Shown piece by piece: positions 1 to 8,218 of a stretch of DNA of 24,000 nt. A program made the position numbers and the translations under genes. The notes below the pieces were generated by a model that saw only the letters and a list, made by a program, of their open reading frames with translations, did no database searches and was not told the origin of the DNA. This DNA comes from Candidatus Bathyarchaeia archaeon (GTDB lineage Archaea > Thermoproteota > Bathyarchaeia > Bathyarchaeales > DTEX01), in assembly GCA_038859955.1 (NCBI GenBank), contig JAWCEH010000004.1, positions 11,196 through 35,195 of the forward strand, in the 5' to 3' direction. The stretch's first letter is position 1; each line of letters starts with the position of its first letter.

Positions 1-1
1 G

Positions 2-1054
2 ATTTATGGAAAAACAGGTACTGGAAAAACAGCTGTGGTTAAATTTGTGCTAAACAAACTTGCTCAAAAGGCTAAAGAAATAGGTTCATCAGTTAATGTT
101 TGCTTTGTAAATTGCCGATTAGCCGGAACAGAATATAGGGTTCTTGCTTCTTTATGTACAAGCATTAATGTAAAAGTTCCATTTACAGGTCTTGCTGTTG
201 GTGAAATTTTTGATAGATTTAAAAAGAATCTAGAATCTCAAGGGATAATCTTTATTGTTGCATTAGATGAAATTGATGCACTCGTAAAAATTCGCGGCGA
301 TACATTATTATATGAACTTACTAGGATAAATGAAAGTCTCCAAGAGAGTAAAGTTTCTATTATAGGAATATCCAATGACCTAAAATTTAAGGAATTTCTT
401 GATCCTAGAGTTCTAAGCACATTAAGCGAGGAGGAAATTGTTTTTAAACCTTACACAGCTGACGAACTTCAAGATATACTTATGGAAAGAGCCAAAATAG
501 CATTCTATAACGGAGTTTTAAGTGAAGGGGCTCTTAAATTATGTGCTGCTTTAGCAGCCGCTGAACATGGCGATGCAAGAAGAGCGCTTGATCTCCTAAG
601 AGTTGCTGGTGAAATTGCTGAGCGAAAGGGTGATGGAAAAATTACAGAGTTTCATGTACGTGAGGCTCAAGAGAGAATTGAGCATGATCAAGTTTATGAA
701 AGCATAAAAAGTTTGCCAACTCACTCGAAAATAGTCCTTCTAAGCGTTACCTTTCTTAACAAGTATGATTCAAATCGAACGATGACAGGAGACATATACA
801 ATTTATACTCGGAACTCTGTGAGCAACTAGGCATAAGCCCATTAACACAAAGGAGAGTTAGTGGATTGATTAATGAACTAGATGTAATGGGGCTCTTAAA
901 TTCACGTGTAATAAGCCTTGGACGATATGGGCGGACAAAAAAGATAACTTTGGGGATTCCACGAAAAGTTATTTTTGAAGTTTTCTCTGAAGATGAGAGA
1001 TTTAAAGGTTTAATAAATTATAAACCTAGGTATTTATCTTCATTATCCAAATAA
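2..1054 (+). CDS. cdc6: Orc1/Cdc6 replication initiator, 5'-truncated by the window edge
   Basis: The frame is open from base 2 and reads IYGKTGTGKTAVV, a Walker A motif, so the track's GTG at 35 is internal. Other motifs: Walker B IFIVALDEID, sensor-1 IIGISND, sensor-2 GDARRALDLLR, and a C-terminal winged-helix-like tail. Confidence 0.9.
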   Translation: MYGKTGTGKTAVVKFVLNKLAQKAKEIGSSVNVCFVNCRLAGTEYRVLASLCTSINVKVPFTGLAVGEIFDRFKKNLESQGIIFIVALDEIDALVKIRGDTLLYELTRINESLQESKVSIIGISNDLKFKEFLDPRVLSTLSEEEIVFKPYTADELQDILMERAKIAFYNGVLSEGALKLCAALAAAEHGDARRALDLLRVAGEIAERKGDGKITEFHVREAQERIEHDQVYESIKSLPTHSKIVLLSVTFLNKYDSNRTMTGDIYNLYSELCEQLGISPLTQRRVSGLINELDVMGLLNSRVISLGRYGRTKKITLGIPRKVIFEVFSEDERFKGLINYKPRYLSSLSK

Positions 1055-1063
1055 CTCCGGTTC

Positions 1064-2599
1064 TCATATTGCTGAAGTGAAATCTACTGAAATAACTTGC
1101 AATGTTTGTAAATCTACAATTGGAACTATACCCGGATTCGGTATATGGCCCATCTCTTTCTGATATTCAGTTTGGCCCTGCCATGCACCTGAATTCACTA
1201 CAAGTATGCCACGATAAGTGCTATATTTCATCATGTGTACGTGTCCGGCGTGAAATATATCAGGCACATGTTCTATAACTAAGTGATCAACCCTCTCAGA
1301 GGCTATTAAAGTTCTCATACCATAAATTGGAGCTAAATGCCTGCATTGCAAAAGAATCTTCATAGCTTCGTCAGGATCTTGAAAGCTCATGTTAGGAGCT
1401 GCTGAAATCACGTCATCTAAACTTCGCCCATGAGTTAGAAGAATACTAACACCATGTAGGCTTACAACAGATGGGTCACCTAAAAAATGTATTCTACCGA
1501 TGTCGTAAAGAGGTTCGGCATACTCTCGCATAATTGCAGGTTGAGGAAGAGCTCTTCTTGTTGCATCATGATTTCCAGGTATAATTATCACTTCAATGTA
1601 GTCTGGAATCTCCTCAAAAATTTTCGCCGCCATCTTATACTGTTTATAGAGATCTTTTATTTCCAACTCCTCATACTGCTGAGGATATATTCCAACGCCA
1701 TCAACAATATCACCGGCCACAACAAGATATTTAATACGATTTCTCAGTTCTTTGATGCCGCTTCCACCAGTCTCTCCTCTCAACCATTTTATAAAGTGCC
1801 TAAATTCCTTCTCCATAAACATTTTACTTCCAATATGCAGGTCTGATAATAAAACCGCGCAAACAGGTATTGGAGATTTATTAGGTTTTTTCGATGGAAT
1901 ATCTGGTAGCGCTACATCTTCAATTATAAGCAAGTCGTTTTTTCCACGTAAGGCATTTACACAAATAACTTGATCTAAAAGAATTCTTTGAGCCTTTAAA
2001 TATGCATTATGATTTTCGAACGGTGCAAATACTGTTACTTGATTATCTAGATCCTCAACTCTAAAGAAAATTCCACGTTTAGTTTCACGTTTATCAATCA
2101 CCATGCAGATAACTTTTACTTTAGAATTCTCTGGAGCCTTTAAGGCATCCGCTATACTACCAGCATCCCTAGCATCAACACGACTTCTTATTATCCTACT
2201 GATTTTTCGAAAGCGACTTCTAAAATATTCTACGCAGTCCTCCAAAGACCCGGTTCCACTTATCTTCTCAGTGGGGTCGCTTATTACCTCTATATCAGAC
2301 TCGATATCTTTTGCATAAGGCTGAAAACCTGTCTTTCCGGTGATTTCATATGCAATTTCAGTTCTCTTACTCCCAAATACACCTAATTCTTTCATCTTTT
2401 TTTCCAGAATTTCACGTGTTATAAATAGTGGCTTTTCTGGAAGAGAATTAACTTCTTCAATGACTTTTTCAACCAGAAATTTTAAATCGGTTTCTTGCAA
2501 TTTTTCTCTTAAAAATTCAAAGGCTTCTCTATCAATTTGATATCCGGACTCTATCATCAAAGATAGAACGTTTTTAATGTTTTCTTCCCGCTCTGACAT
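1064..2599 (-). CDS. polB: DNA polymerase II (PolD) small subunit DP1
   Basis: 511 aa with calcineurin-like phosphoesterase motifs VVAGDIVDGVGIYPQQ, IIIPGNHD and FHAGHVH, plus the typical DP1 N-terminal helical region and OB region. It converges on cdc6 with only a 9-nt gap. Confidence 0.9.
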   Translation of the reverse strand: MSEREENIKNVLSLMIESGYQIDREAFEFLREKLQETDLKFLVEKVIEEVNSLPEKPLFITREILEKKMKELGVFGSKRTEIAYEITGKTGFQPYAKDIESDIEVISDPTEKISGTGSLEDCVEYFRSRFRKISRIIRSRVDARDAGSIADALKAPENSKVKVICMVIDKRETKRGIFFRVEDLDNQVTVFAPFENHNAYLKAQRILLDQVICVNALRGKNDLLIIEDVALPDIPSKKPNKSPIPVCAVLLSDLHIGSKMFMEKEFRHFIKWLRGETGGSGIKELRNRIKYLVVAGDIVDGVGIYPQQYEELEIKDLYKQYKMAAKIFEEIPDYIEVIIIPGNHDATRRALPQPAIMREYAEPLYDIGRIHFLGDPSVVSLHGVSILLTHGRSLDDVISAAPNMSFQDPDEAMKILLQCRHLAPIYGMRTLIASERVDHLVIEHVPDIFHAGHVHMMKYSTYRGILVVNSGAWQGQTEYQKEMGHIPNPGIVPIVDLQTLQVISVDFTSAI

Positions 2600-2752
2600 T
2601 TACCTCTAACTCGGCCTCTAATCATATACTATTAATTTAAATGAGTGAATAATAGGAGCTAAATAGCAATTCATAATATGTGTGAATATACTTATAGGTT
2701 ATAAAATTAATGAATATAAAATTTCATTACCCGATAGTATGTTCACTGTTAC

Positions 2753-2768
2753 TACTTAATATTAAGTA
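2753..2768. promoter_or_regulatory. 16-bp perfect palindrome TACTTAATATTAAGTA directly upstream of a TATA-like box; candidate operator
   Basis: Read directly from the sequence. It sits 3 nt upstream of TTTTTATAT (2772-2780) and about 55 nt upstream of the ATG at 2823 of the AbrB/PhoU regulator gene. Confidence 0.4.
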
Positions 2769-2771
2769 CAC

Positions 2772-2780
2772 TTTTTATAT
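2772..2780 (+). promoter_or_regulatory. TATA-box-like element for the AbrB/PhoU gene
   Basis: TTTTTATAT lies about 45 nt upstream of the ATG at 2823. A GAGG Shine-Dalgarno lies between it and the start codon. Confidence 0.35.
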
Positions 2781-2822
2781 TGGCATACAGATTTATTATG
2801 AGGGGTCTATCGAGGAAGAATC

Positions 2823-3803
2823 ATGGAGCTTCGGAGAATACAGATGACTAGAGGCGGGACCTTTTTCGTTACATTACCAAAGGAATGGGCTGTACAAAAT
2901 GGTATAAGTCGTGGATCCATTGTTGCGAGCTTAGTCACACCTGATGGCAAACTTATAATTGATCCAAAATATAATATTGAACCTGCCCCAAAAACGGCGA
3001 CGATTAAGCCTGGTCCCCATCTGAGCCGAGAAATAATAAGTAAATATCTCCTAGGTTACGATGTTATTAGTATTGAAGCGAAAAATCGAATTACCACGGA
3101 ACAAAGAGATATCATTAAACAAACATCAGCCCGCCTCGTAGGGCTGGAAATAATAGAAGAGGATTATAGCAAAATTACTATGCAATGTTTACTCGAGCCA
3201 TCTGTATTATCTCCAGAAAAAATCTTGCGCCGTGAGCATTTAATAACCTCGGGTATATGTAGAGACGCTGTCACAGCATTATTAGAGGGCGATGCTCATT
3301 TAGCCAGAAATGTTATTGCTAGAGATAATGAGGTTGATAGGCTTTACTTTCTACTAGTTAGAGTTTTAAGAACTATAATACAGAATCCAAGTCTAGGCGA
3401 GAAGCTGAACATTCACCCAATAGACTGCCTAGACTATAGATTGGCAGCGAGCTTGGTCGAAGCTGTCGCTGATCAATCTTCACAAATAGCTGAATACGCG
3501 ATTAAATTTGAAGGTGTGAAATTGGATGTTGAAATTTCAAAGGCACTTCACAACCTTTACAAAATTATACATGAAACTTACAACGATGCTGTCGTAGCAT
3601 TTCTCTCTCGAAATACTCCCATAGCGGAGTCGGTGAGAGAGAAAAGGTCTAATGTTGAGGAATTAAGCCGTAAGGTCGAGTTGTTAACTGGAACCTTACC
3701 TTTAGATAGGGCGCAGGATTTAGTTGCGGTGCTATCATTACTAAACAGAGTATACGATCACGCTGTCGATATATCAGACTTAACAACTTCAATAACCTTT
3801 TAG
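2823..3803 (+). CDS. Phosphate-uptake-regulator-like protein: N-terminal AbrB/SpoVT DNA-binding domain plus PhoU repeats
   Basis: The N-terminus GGTFFVTLPKEWAVQNGISRGSIV is a swapped-hairpin AbrB-type motif. It is followed by two helical PhoU-like repeats (ARDNEVDRLYFLLVR...). This architecture is common in archaea. Confidence 0.8.
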   Translation: MELRRIQMTRGGTFFVTLPKEWAVQNGISRGSIVASLVTPDGKLIIDPKYNIEPAPKTATIKPGPHLSREIISKYLLGYDVISIEAKNRITTEQRDIIKQTSARLVGLEIIEEDYSKITMQCLLEPSVLSPEKILRREHLITSGICRDAVTALLEGDAHLARNVIARDNEVDRLYFLLVRVLRTIIQNPSLGEKLNIHPIDCLDYRLAASLVEAVADQSSQIAEYAIKFEGVKLDVEISKALHNLYKIIHETYNDAVVAFLSRNTPIAESVREKRSNVEELSRKVELLTGTLPLDRAQDLVAVLSLLNRVYDHAVDISDLTTSITF

Positions 3804-4645
3804 CACGATGAACTCGGTTCTTGTTTAAGAAGATTCTCCAAAAGCTCTTTAGCTCTTAAGATGTCTCTTGTCTGTTGAGGTCCACTTATCTCGCGCTCAA
3901 TAGTTATTGCTCCAGTATAATCTAGCGCTCTAAGCTTCGATATAAGTGCCGGAAAGTTCACTCTACCCTCGCCAAGAGGCTTCTCTTTACCCAGCTCACG
4001 CCCATTAGTCGGATAATCACCATCTTTCGCATGAACTCCTCTAACAAATCTGCCAAGGATATCAAGCGCGTCAACCGGGTTAGCTTTCCCATACATTAGT
4101 AGATTTGCAGGGTCAAAATTCACTCCAAGATTTTCAGCTCCAACATCCTCTATTGTTCTAAGAAGAGTTATAGGAGTCTCCTGCCCTGTCTCAAATAGGA
4201 AAAATTGCCCATTTTTAGCGCAAAATTTAGCCACATCTCTTAACACGTCTATAAGCGAGTTGTAAACTGGATCTTTCGGATTCTCCGGTATAAACCCAAC
4301 ATGCGTAGCTATATCTTCGACGCCAACCTCCTTTGTGAAATCAGAGGCCTTTTTCAAAGCTTTTATTCGAATCGCTCTTGTTTCCGGAGGAACTAATCCG
4401 ATTGTACTTGGGCCATCTATAAAATTCCAGACGTATTTGCCGGGTAGTCCAGCCCATACAGCCGTAATCTCAATACCATATTCGCTGGCTGAATTCTTAA
4501 GTGAACGAGCAATCTCGTTATTATAGAGATTTACATCCCAGCATGAAACTTGGCACGTCGGAAAATTATACATGTAAACCTTTTTTAATTCCTCGCTAGG
4601 GTTTGCTCTTAAAGAAACTATTAGGCCTAATCTAATTTCAGCCAT
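3800..4645 (-). CDS. Sugar phosphate isomerase/epimerase (xylose-isomerase-like TIM barrel)
   Basis: Motifs: ATHVGFIPEN, FLFETGQE, VNFDPANLLMYG and VHAKDG. The start was re-called to ATG 4645 (MAEIRLGL), which follows AGGAGGA by 9 nt; the track's TTG at 4675 is probably an over-extension. The stop overlaps the convergent PhoU stop (TTAG). Confidence 0.75.
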   Translation of the reverse strand: MAEIRLGLIVSLRANPSEELKKVYMYNFPTCQVSCWDVNLYNNEIARSLKNSASEYGIEITAVWAGLPGKYVWNFIDGPSTIGLVPPETRAIRIKALKKASDFTKEVGVEDIATHVGFIPENPKDPVYNSLIDVLRDVAKFCAKNGQFFLFETGQETPITLLRTIEDVGAENLGVNFDPANLLMYGKANPVDALDILGRFVRGVHAKDGDYPTNGRELGKEKPLGEGRVNFPALISKLRALDYTGAITIEREISGPQQTRDILRAKELLENLLKQEPSSSC

Positions 4646-4757
4646 TCTTATGGTTCCTCCTAAGAAGAATTTCAAGATAACATTAATTTAAGCTAATAGT
4701 TAATCCAAAAATTCTATAAGGTTTAAATAAGCCGTTTCAGAGATCTAACGCTTTTGT

Positions 4758-5633
4758 TTGGAGGCTCTGCTCTTGAGAAAGCGAAACTGGGTGTTATTCA
4801 CACTAATGGTTCTCATATGGGGTTCGAATTGGGTCGTCATGAAGGTGGGATTAAGGTTTGTCAGCCCACTAAACCTTGTCATGCAAAGGCTTTTGCTTGC
4901 CTCGATAGCGTTATTGCCAGTAATAGTATGGAGACAAAAGAGTCTTCCAAGAGATAGATTTACTTGGCTTAAGCTTGTCATGCTAAGCCTAATAAATGCT
5001 ACAAGTATGATTTCTACAAATATTGGCTTACTCAACGAGGCTTCAGGTTTAAGCTCCCTAATAACTTATACCCAACCCTTATTCGTCTTCTGTCTAGCAG
5101 TACCATTTCTTGGTGAAAAGATCAGCGCAACTAGGATATTGGGTGTAGTCTCAGGCTTTTTAGGCGTAGCCGCATTATATGCTGCGAGACTTCGCACCCA
5201 AATAAACATCTCAAGCCCATTTCTATTCCTGATTTTAGGAGCATTCTTCTGGGCTATCACGGTTATATACTATAAGAAGTTTTTAAATTATGTAGACCCA
5301 GCCATAGTAAACATGGTTCAATTCCCTATAGGGGCAATACTTCTCTTGTCTATTGCTTCCACGTTAGAAGGACTGACCTTTAGCGACAACATGCTATATA
5401 TTCTCTCCATATTATATATGTCAGTACTTGGATCCGCTTTAGCATCTACTATTTGGTTAACTCTTATGAGAGAGGAGGAAACAACCGTTGTCTCCACCTC
5501 AAGCCTTATAGTCCCAGCTATAGCTCTCATATTTGGTTTGGTCTTTTTAGGAGAGGTAATAGAGCAAATTTCACTTTTAGGGTTCGCACTTATATTAATT
5601 GGAATATATCTCGTAAATAAGTCTCATAAATGA
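4758..5633 (+). CDS. EamA/DMT-family permease
   Basis: About 10 predicted hydrophobic helices in two repeated halves, with an N-terminal WGSNWVVMK motif. The start is uncertain: TTG 4758, TTG 4773 (9 nt after a GGAGG), or ATG 4806. Confidence 0.8.
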   Translation: MEALLLRKRNWVLFTLMVLIWGSNWVVMKVGLRFVSPLNLVMQRLLLASIALLPVIVWRQKSLPRDRFTWLKLVMLSLINATSMISTNIGLLNEASGLSSLITYTQPLFVFCLAVPFLGEKISATRILGVVSGFLGVAALYAARLRTQINISSPFLFLILGAFFWAITVIYYKKFLNYVDPAIVNMVQFPIGAILLLSIASTLEGLTFSDNMLYILSILYMSVLGSALASTIWLTLMREEETTVVSTSSLIVPAIALIFGLVFLGEVIEQISLLGFALILIGIYLVNKSHK

Positions 5634-5696
5634 GAAACTTGAGTATTAGCTGAAGCAAAGATTAAACAAATTCTCTAGATTATATTTTTCGATATT

Positions 5697-5993
5697 CTAG
5701 AATATCTCCTTTTCACCGATCTTCCTAAAGATTTTTCCTCTAACTTTAATAGATGGTACTGTTTCTTCTTCGGGACTTTTATCAACAGTCTTTCTCTTTA
5801 ATGTCTCTCCACATATGCCTCCCGGAAGCAAACGTCTGCTCGCGCATATTGCATAGTTGCAATTTATTGGATTGCATGGTTCATCAGTCCATCGACACCA
5901 TGGTGTTTTCCCGCGAAATATAAGAAAATTCTTTCCACATCTAAATTTACTACACTTTGAAAAACATTTTTTTGCCTCAGACAAAGCCAACAC
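5697..5993 (-). CDS. Small cysteine-rich protein (8 Cys), function unknown
   Basis: 98 codons with patterned cysteines (C-x3-C-x4-C-x13-C-x6-C-x4-C-x4-C-x10-C) and a charged C-terminal tail. There is no in-frame ATG (GTG or TTG start) and I saw no clear Shine-Dalgarno. Confidence 0.45.
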   Translation of the reverse strand: MLALSEAKKCFSKCSKFRCGKNFLIFRGKTPWCRWTDEPCNPINCNYAICASRRLLPGGICGETLKRKTVDKSPEEETVPSIKVRGKIFRKIGEKEIF

Positions 5994-6121
5994 AACCCAA
6001 CCGAGTAAAAGACTTTTGACGCAACATACCTAACTCTTAATTTTTGGATAAAAGGAGCTGAGTTATAAACTTTTCTGGAACTTTCCGTTTAATCCAAAGA
6101 TTTATTAAACCTCTGAAGGTA

Positions 6122-8218
6122 GTGGTTTTTTATTTGGGGGTGAAATGTATAGGAAAAGAATACTTTAAAAGTCCAATAGTTGGAGCATATCTGCATATTC
6201 TACCGATGATAAAAAGTCGAGAGGAGATTGACAAATACTTACATGCTATTAAAAATGCTAATGCCACTTGCATCTGGGCTTTTGTAGGAGGCGTAGATGT
6301 TACTTTACTTAAGTATTTTATGGATAAAGCCTACGAGATGGGCTTAAAGGTTACTCCAGTATTACAACCATTTGTGTCTATTAGTGAGCATCCTGAGGTA
6401 AAAATTGTTAATGCTGATGGAACAACATCTGATGATCCCCGTTACTCTAATATTGGATGTTTTAACCATCCTTACCTCTTTGAGGTTTCGAAGAAATTAG
6501 TAAAGGACTTTTTAGAAAATTTCAAAGATCATCCAGCCCTTTATCGCATTGGAGGGGCTCCCCTCGTAAGCTTTGTTCATGAAGCGTACTACCGGAATGA
6601 TGTACCTGAATTTGGAGGAGGGCCATTAAAACCATGCTGCTATTGCAAATACTGTGTAGAGGATTTTAAGGCAAGAATGAAGGAGAAATATGGAAATGTT
6701 GAGAGTTTCAATGCTAAACATAAAACTGGGATTAAAAGCTGGGATGATCTTGAGCCACCAAAGGATAAGAGCAATGCTTCACTCTGGAAGAAATGGTTTG
6801 ATTACCACGCTGAAATTATACCTAACTTTCTGGAGAGACTTATAAAGTACGCCAGAAGCATAACTCCAGTTCTCGCCACACATGAATTAAACGACTTTTA
6901 TCCGTGTACATATCAGTGTGTTTATTCGGGCAATGATATATGGAGAATGGCCCGCGTAATCGACATTGGACATGAGGATATGTATCCCCTAGAATTTGAC
7001 CATAGATATGTTATCTACATCTTTGAATACATAAAAGACATCGTAAGATCAGCCATGGGATTTAATAGGCTCTACACTGGTAATGGGCAGAGCTTCGATT
7101 CTTGGCTGGGCTACAAAATACCCGTAGCAAGCATGTTTGAGCAAGTTTATTCGACGTTAGCTCACGGTGCACTAGGCATAGTTTGGTGGGTTGACTGGAG
7201 GAATCTAGAATTGTGGGCCCAAACATCTCAGCCCAATAGCGAGTATGCTCGCCTAGTATCTGCTTTAAGGAGTTACGAGTTAACTAGGGCTGAGGTGGCT
7301 CTTCTTTATCCATGGACTACAATGCAGCTGAAAACTGACGATAACTATCCTATGGACAATCTACTCTTTTACACAGCTTTGGTGAGAAGTGGTTTTCCAG
7401 TTGATGTCATCTCGGAGGATCAAATAGTCAATGGTGTGCTAGAAAACAGAAGATATAAAGTGCTCTGCACGATCGGAAACTCTACGCTTCCGATAGGCGT
7501 AGTTCAAGAAATAAAGGAGTTTGTGAGAGAAGGAGGCACATTAATAGCAGACTATGAGGGAGTCAGCATAGACGAATTCGCCTCTGCTTATCCGAACCTA
7601 GTAAACCAAACATCAGAGGAACATGTTATATACAAGATAGAAACAAAAATTCCCTCATTAAGCGGCATGAATGGAACTATAATACCAGTTGAAAATACTT
7701 GTGAAGAATTAAATGTACCATGTAATGCCGAAGTAATAGCGAAATATGAGGATGGAAAACCAGCCATTATAAAGTTTCCTGACGGTAGAGGCCGAGTTAT
7801 AAAGGCTGGTAGCTTTTTAGGTTGGGACTACTCGAATTATCCAGGGCATTACGATTTTGCAGTAATGTTTCCATTTCTCATAAAAAGAAATGAAAAGGTT
7901 AGAGAATTAATATCTGGCCTATTAAAGGATAGTGGTGTTCATCCACCCGCTGAGTCTTCAAACCCAAATGTCGAGGTTGCTGTTTGGAGAGGAAAAGGGT
8001 GCTTTATTGTTCTAGCAGTTAATCATTTGAATGAGAAATTAAAAGCAACTCTTAAAGTAAGAGTCGATATAGCGGAACAGTATGAAGTTAAAGACTTCTT
8101 TACGAGAACTATTATAAATTCGGAAAAACATGGAAATATGATAGCCTTCAAAATAGAGCTTTCAGGCTTTCAAGGAAAACCTTACTTAATAGAAGGTGAT
8201 ATTAATGGAGGCATCTGA
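6122..8218 (+). CDS. GH42-like glycoside hydrolase (beta-galactosidase family architecture)
   Basis: The segment SFVHEAYY...PCCYCKYCVEDFKARMKEKYGNVESFN...SWDDLEPP mirrors the GH42 pattern NE...CxCxxC..F..WL..YG.I..LN...W.E...P. The upstream NIGCFNHP supplies the fourth Zn-site Cys. The central GATase1-like region (VALLYPW...VDVISEDQI...YKVLC...FVREGGTLIAD) matches the GH42 trimerisation domain. A GTG start is assumed. Confidence 0.7.
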   Translation: MVFYLGVKCIGKEYFKSPIVGAYLHILPMIKSREEIDKYLHAIKNANATCIWAFVGGVDVTLLKYFMDKAYEMGLKVTPVLQPFVSISEHPEVKIVNADGTTSDDPRYSNIGCFNHPYLFEVSKKLVKDFLENFKDHPALYRIGGAPLVSFVHEAYYRNDVPEFGGGPLKPCCYCKYCVEDFKARMKEKYGNVESFNAKHKTGIKSWDDLEPPKDKSNASLWKKWFDYHAEIIPNFLERLIKYARSITPVLATHELNDFYPCTYQCVYSGNDIWRMARVIDIGHEDMYPLEFDHRYVIYIFEYIKDIVRSAMGFNRLYTGNGQSFDSWLGYKIPVASMFEQVYSTLAHGALGIVWWVDWRNLELWAQTSQPNSEYARLVSALRSYELTRAEVALLYPWTTMQLKTDDNYPMDNLLFYTALVRSGFPVDVISEDQIVNGVLENRRYKVLCTIGNSTLPIGVVQEIKEFVREGGTLIADYEGVSIDEFASAYPNLVNQTSEEHVIYKIETKIPSLSGMNGTIIPVENTCEELNVPCNAEVIAKYEDGKPAIIKFPDGRGRVIKAGSFLGWDYSNYPGHYDFAVMFPFLIKRNEKVRELISGLLKDSGVHPPAESSNPNVEVAVWRGKGCFIVLAVNHLNEKLKATLKVRVDIAEQYEVKDFFTRTIINSEKHGNMIAFKIELSGFQGKPYLIEGDINGGI

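Noticed and set aside
238-2540. Five short track ORFs (238-420 on the - strand; 1487-1846, 1752-1973, 2103-2318 and 2340-2540 on the + strand) antisense to cdc6 and to the DP1 gene.
   Set aside because: They lie entirely inside well-supported genes on the opposite strand. Their composition is low-complexity and rich in Ser, Leu, Phe and Ile, as expected for antisense frames of AT-rich coding DNA. I recognised no motifs.
2600-2822. The AT-rich spacer next to the DP1 gene, considered as a replication origin (oriC).
   Set aside because: It has no long ORB-type inverted repeats flanking an unwinding element. It is not adjacent to the 5' end of cdc6 and is fully explained as a divergent promoter region. 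The origin is more plausibly off-window upstream of cdc6.
4335-5530. Track ORFs 4335-4526 (+), 4745-5035 (-), 4754-4957 (+), 5066-5260 (-) and 5318-5530 (-).
   Set aside because: They are alternative-frame or antisense ORFs inside the isomerase and EamA genes. They have no motifs and no Shine-Dalgarno, and the EamA frame explains the region.
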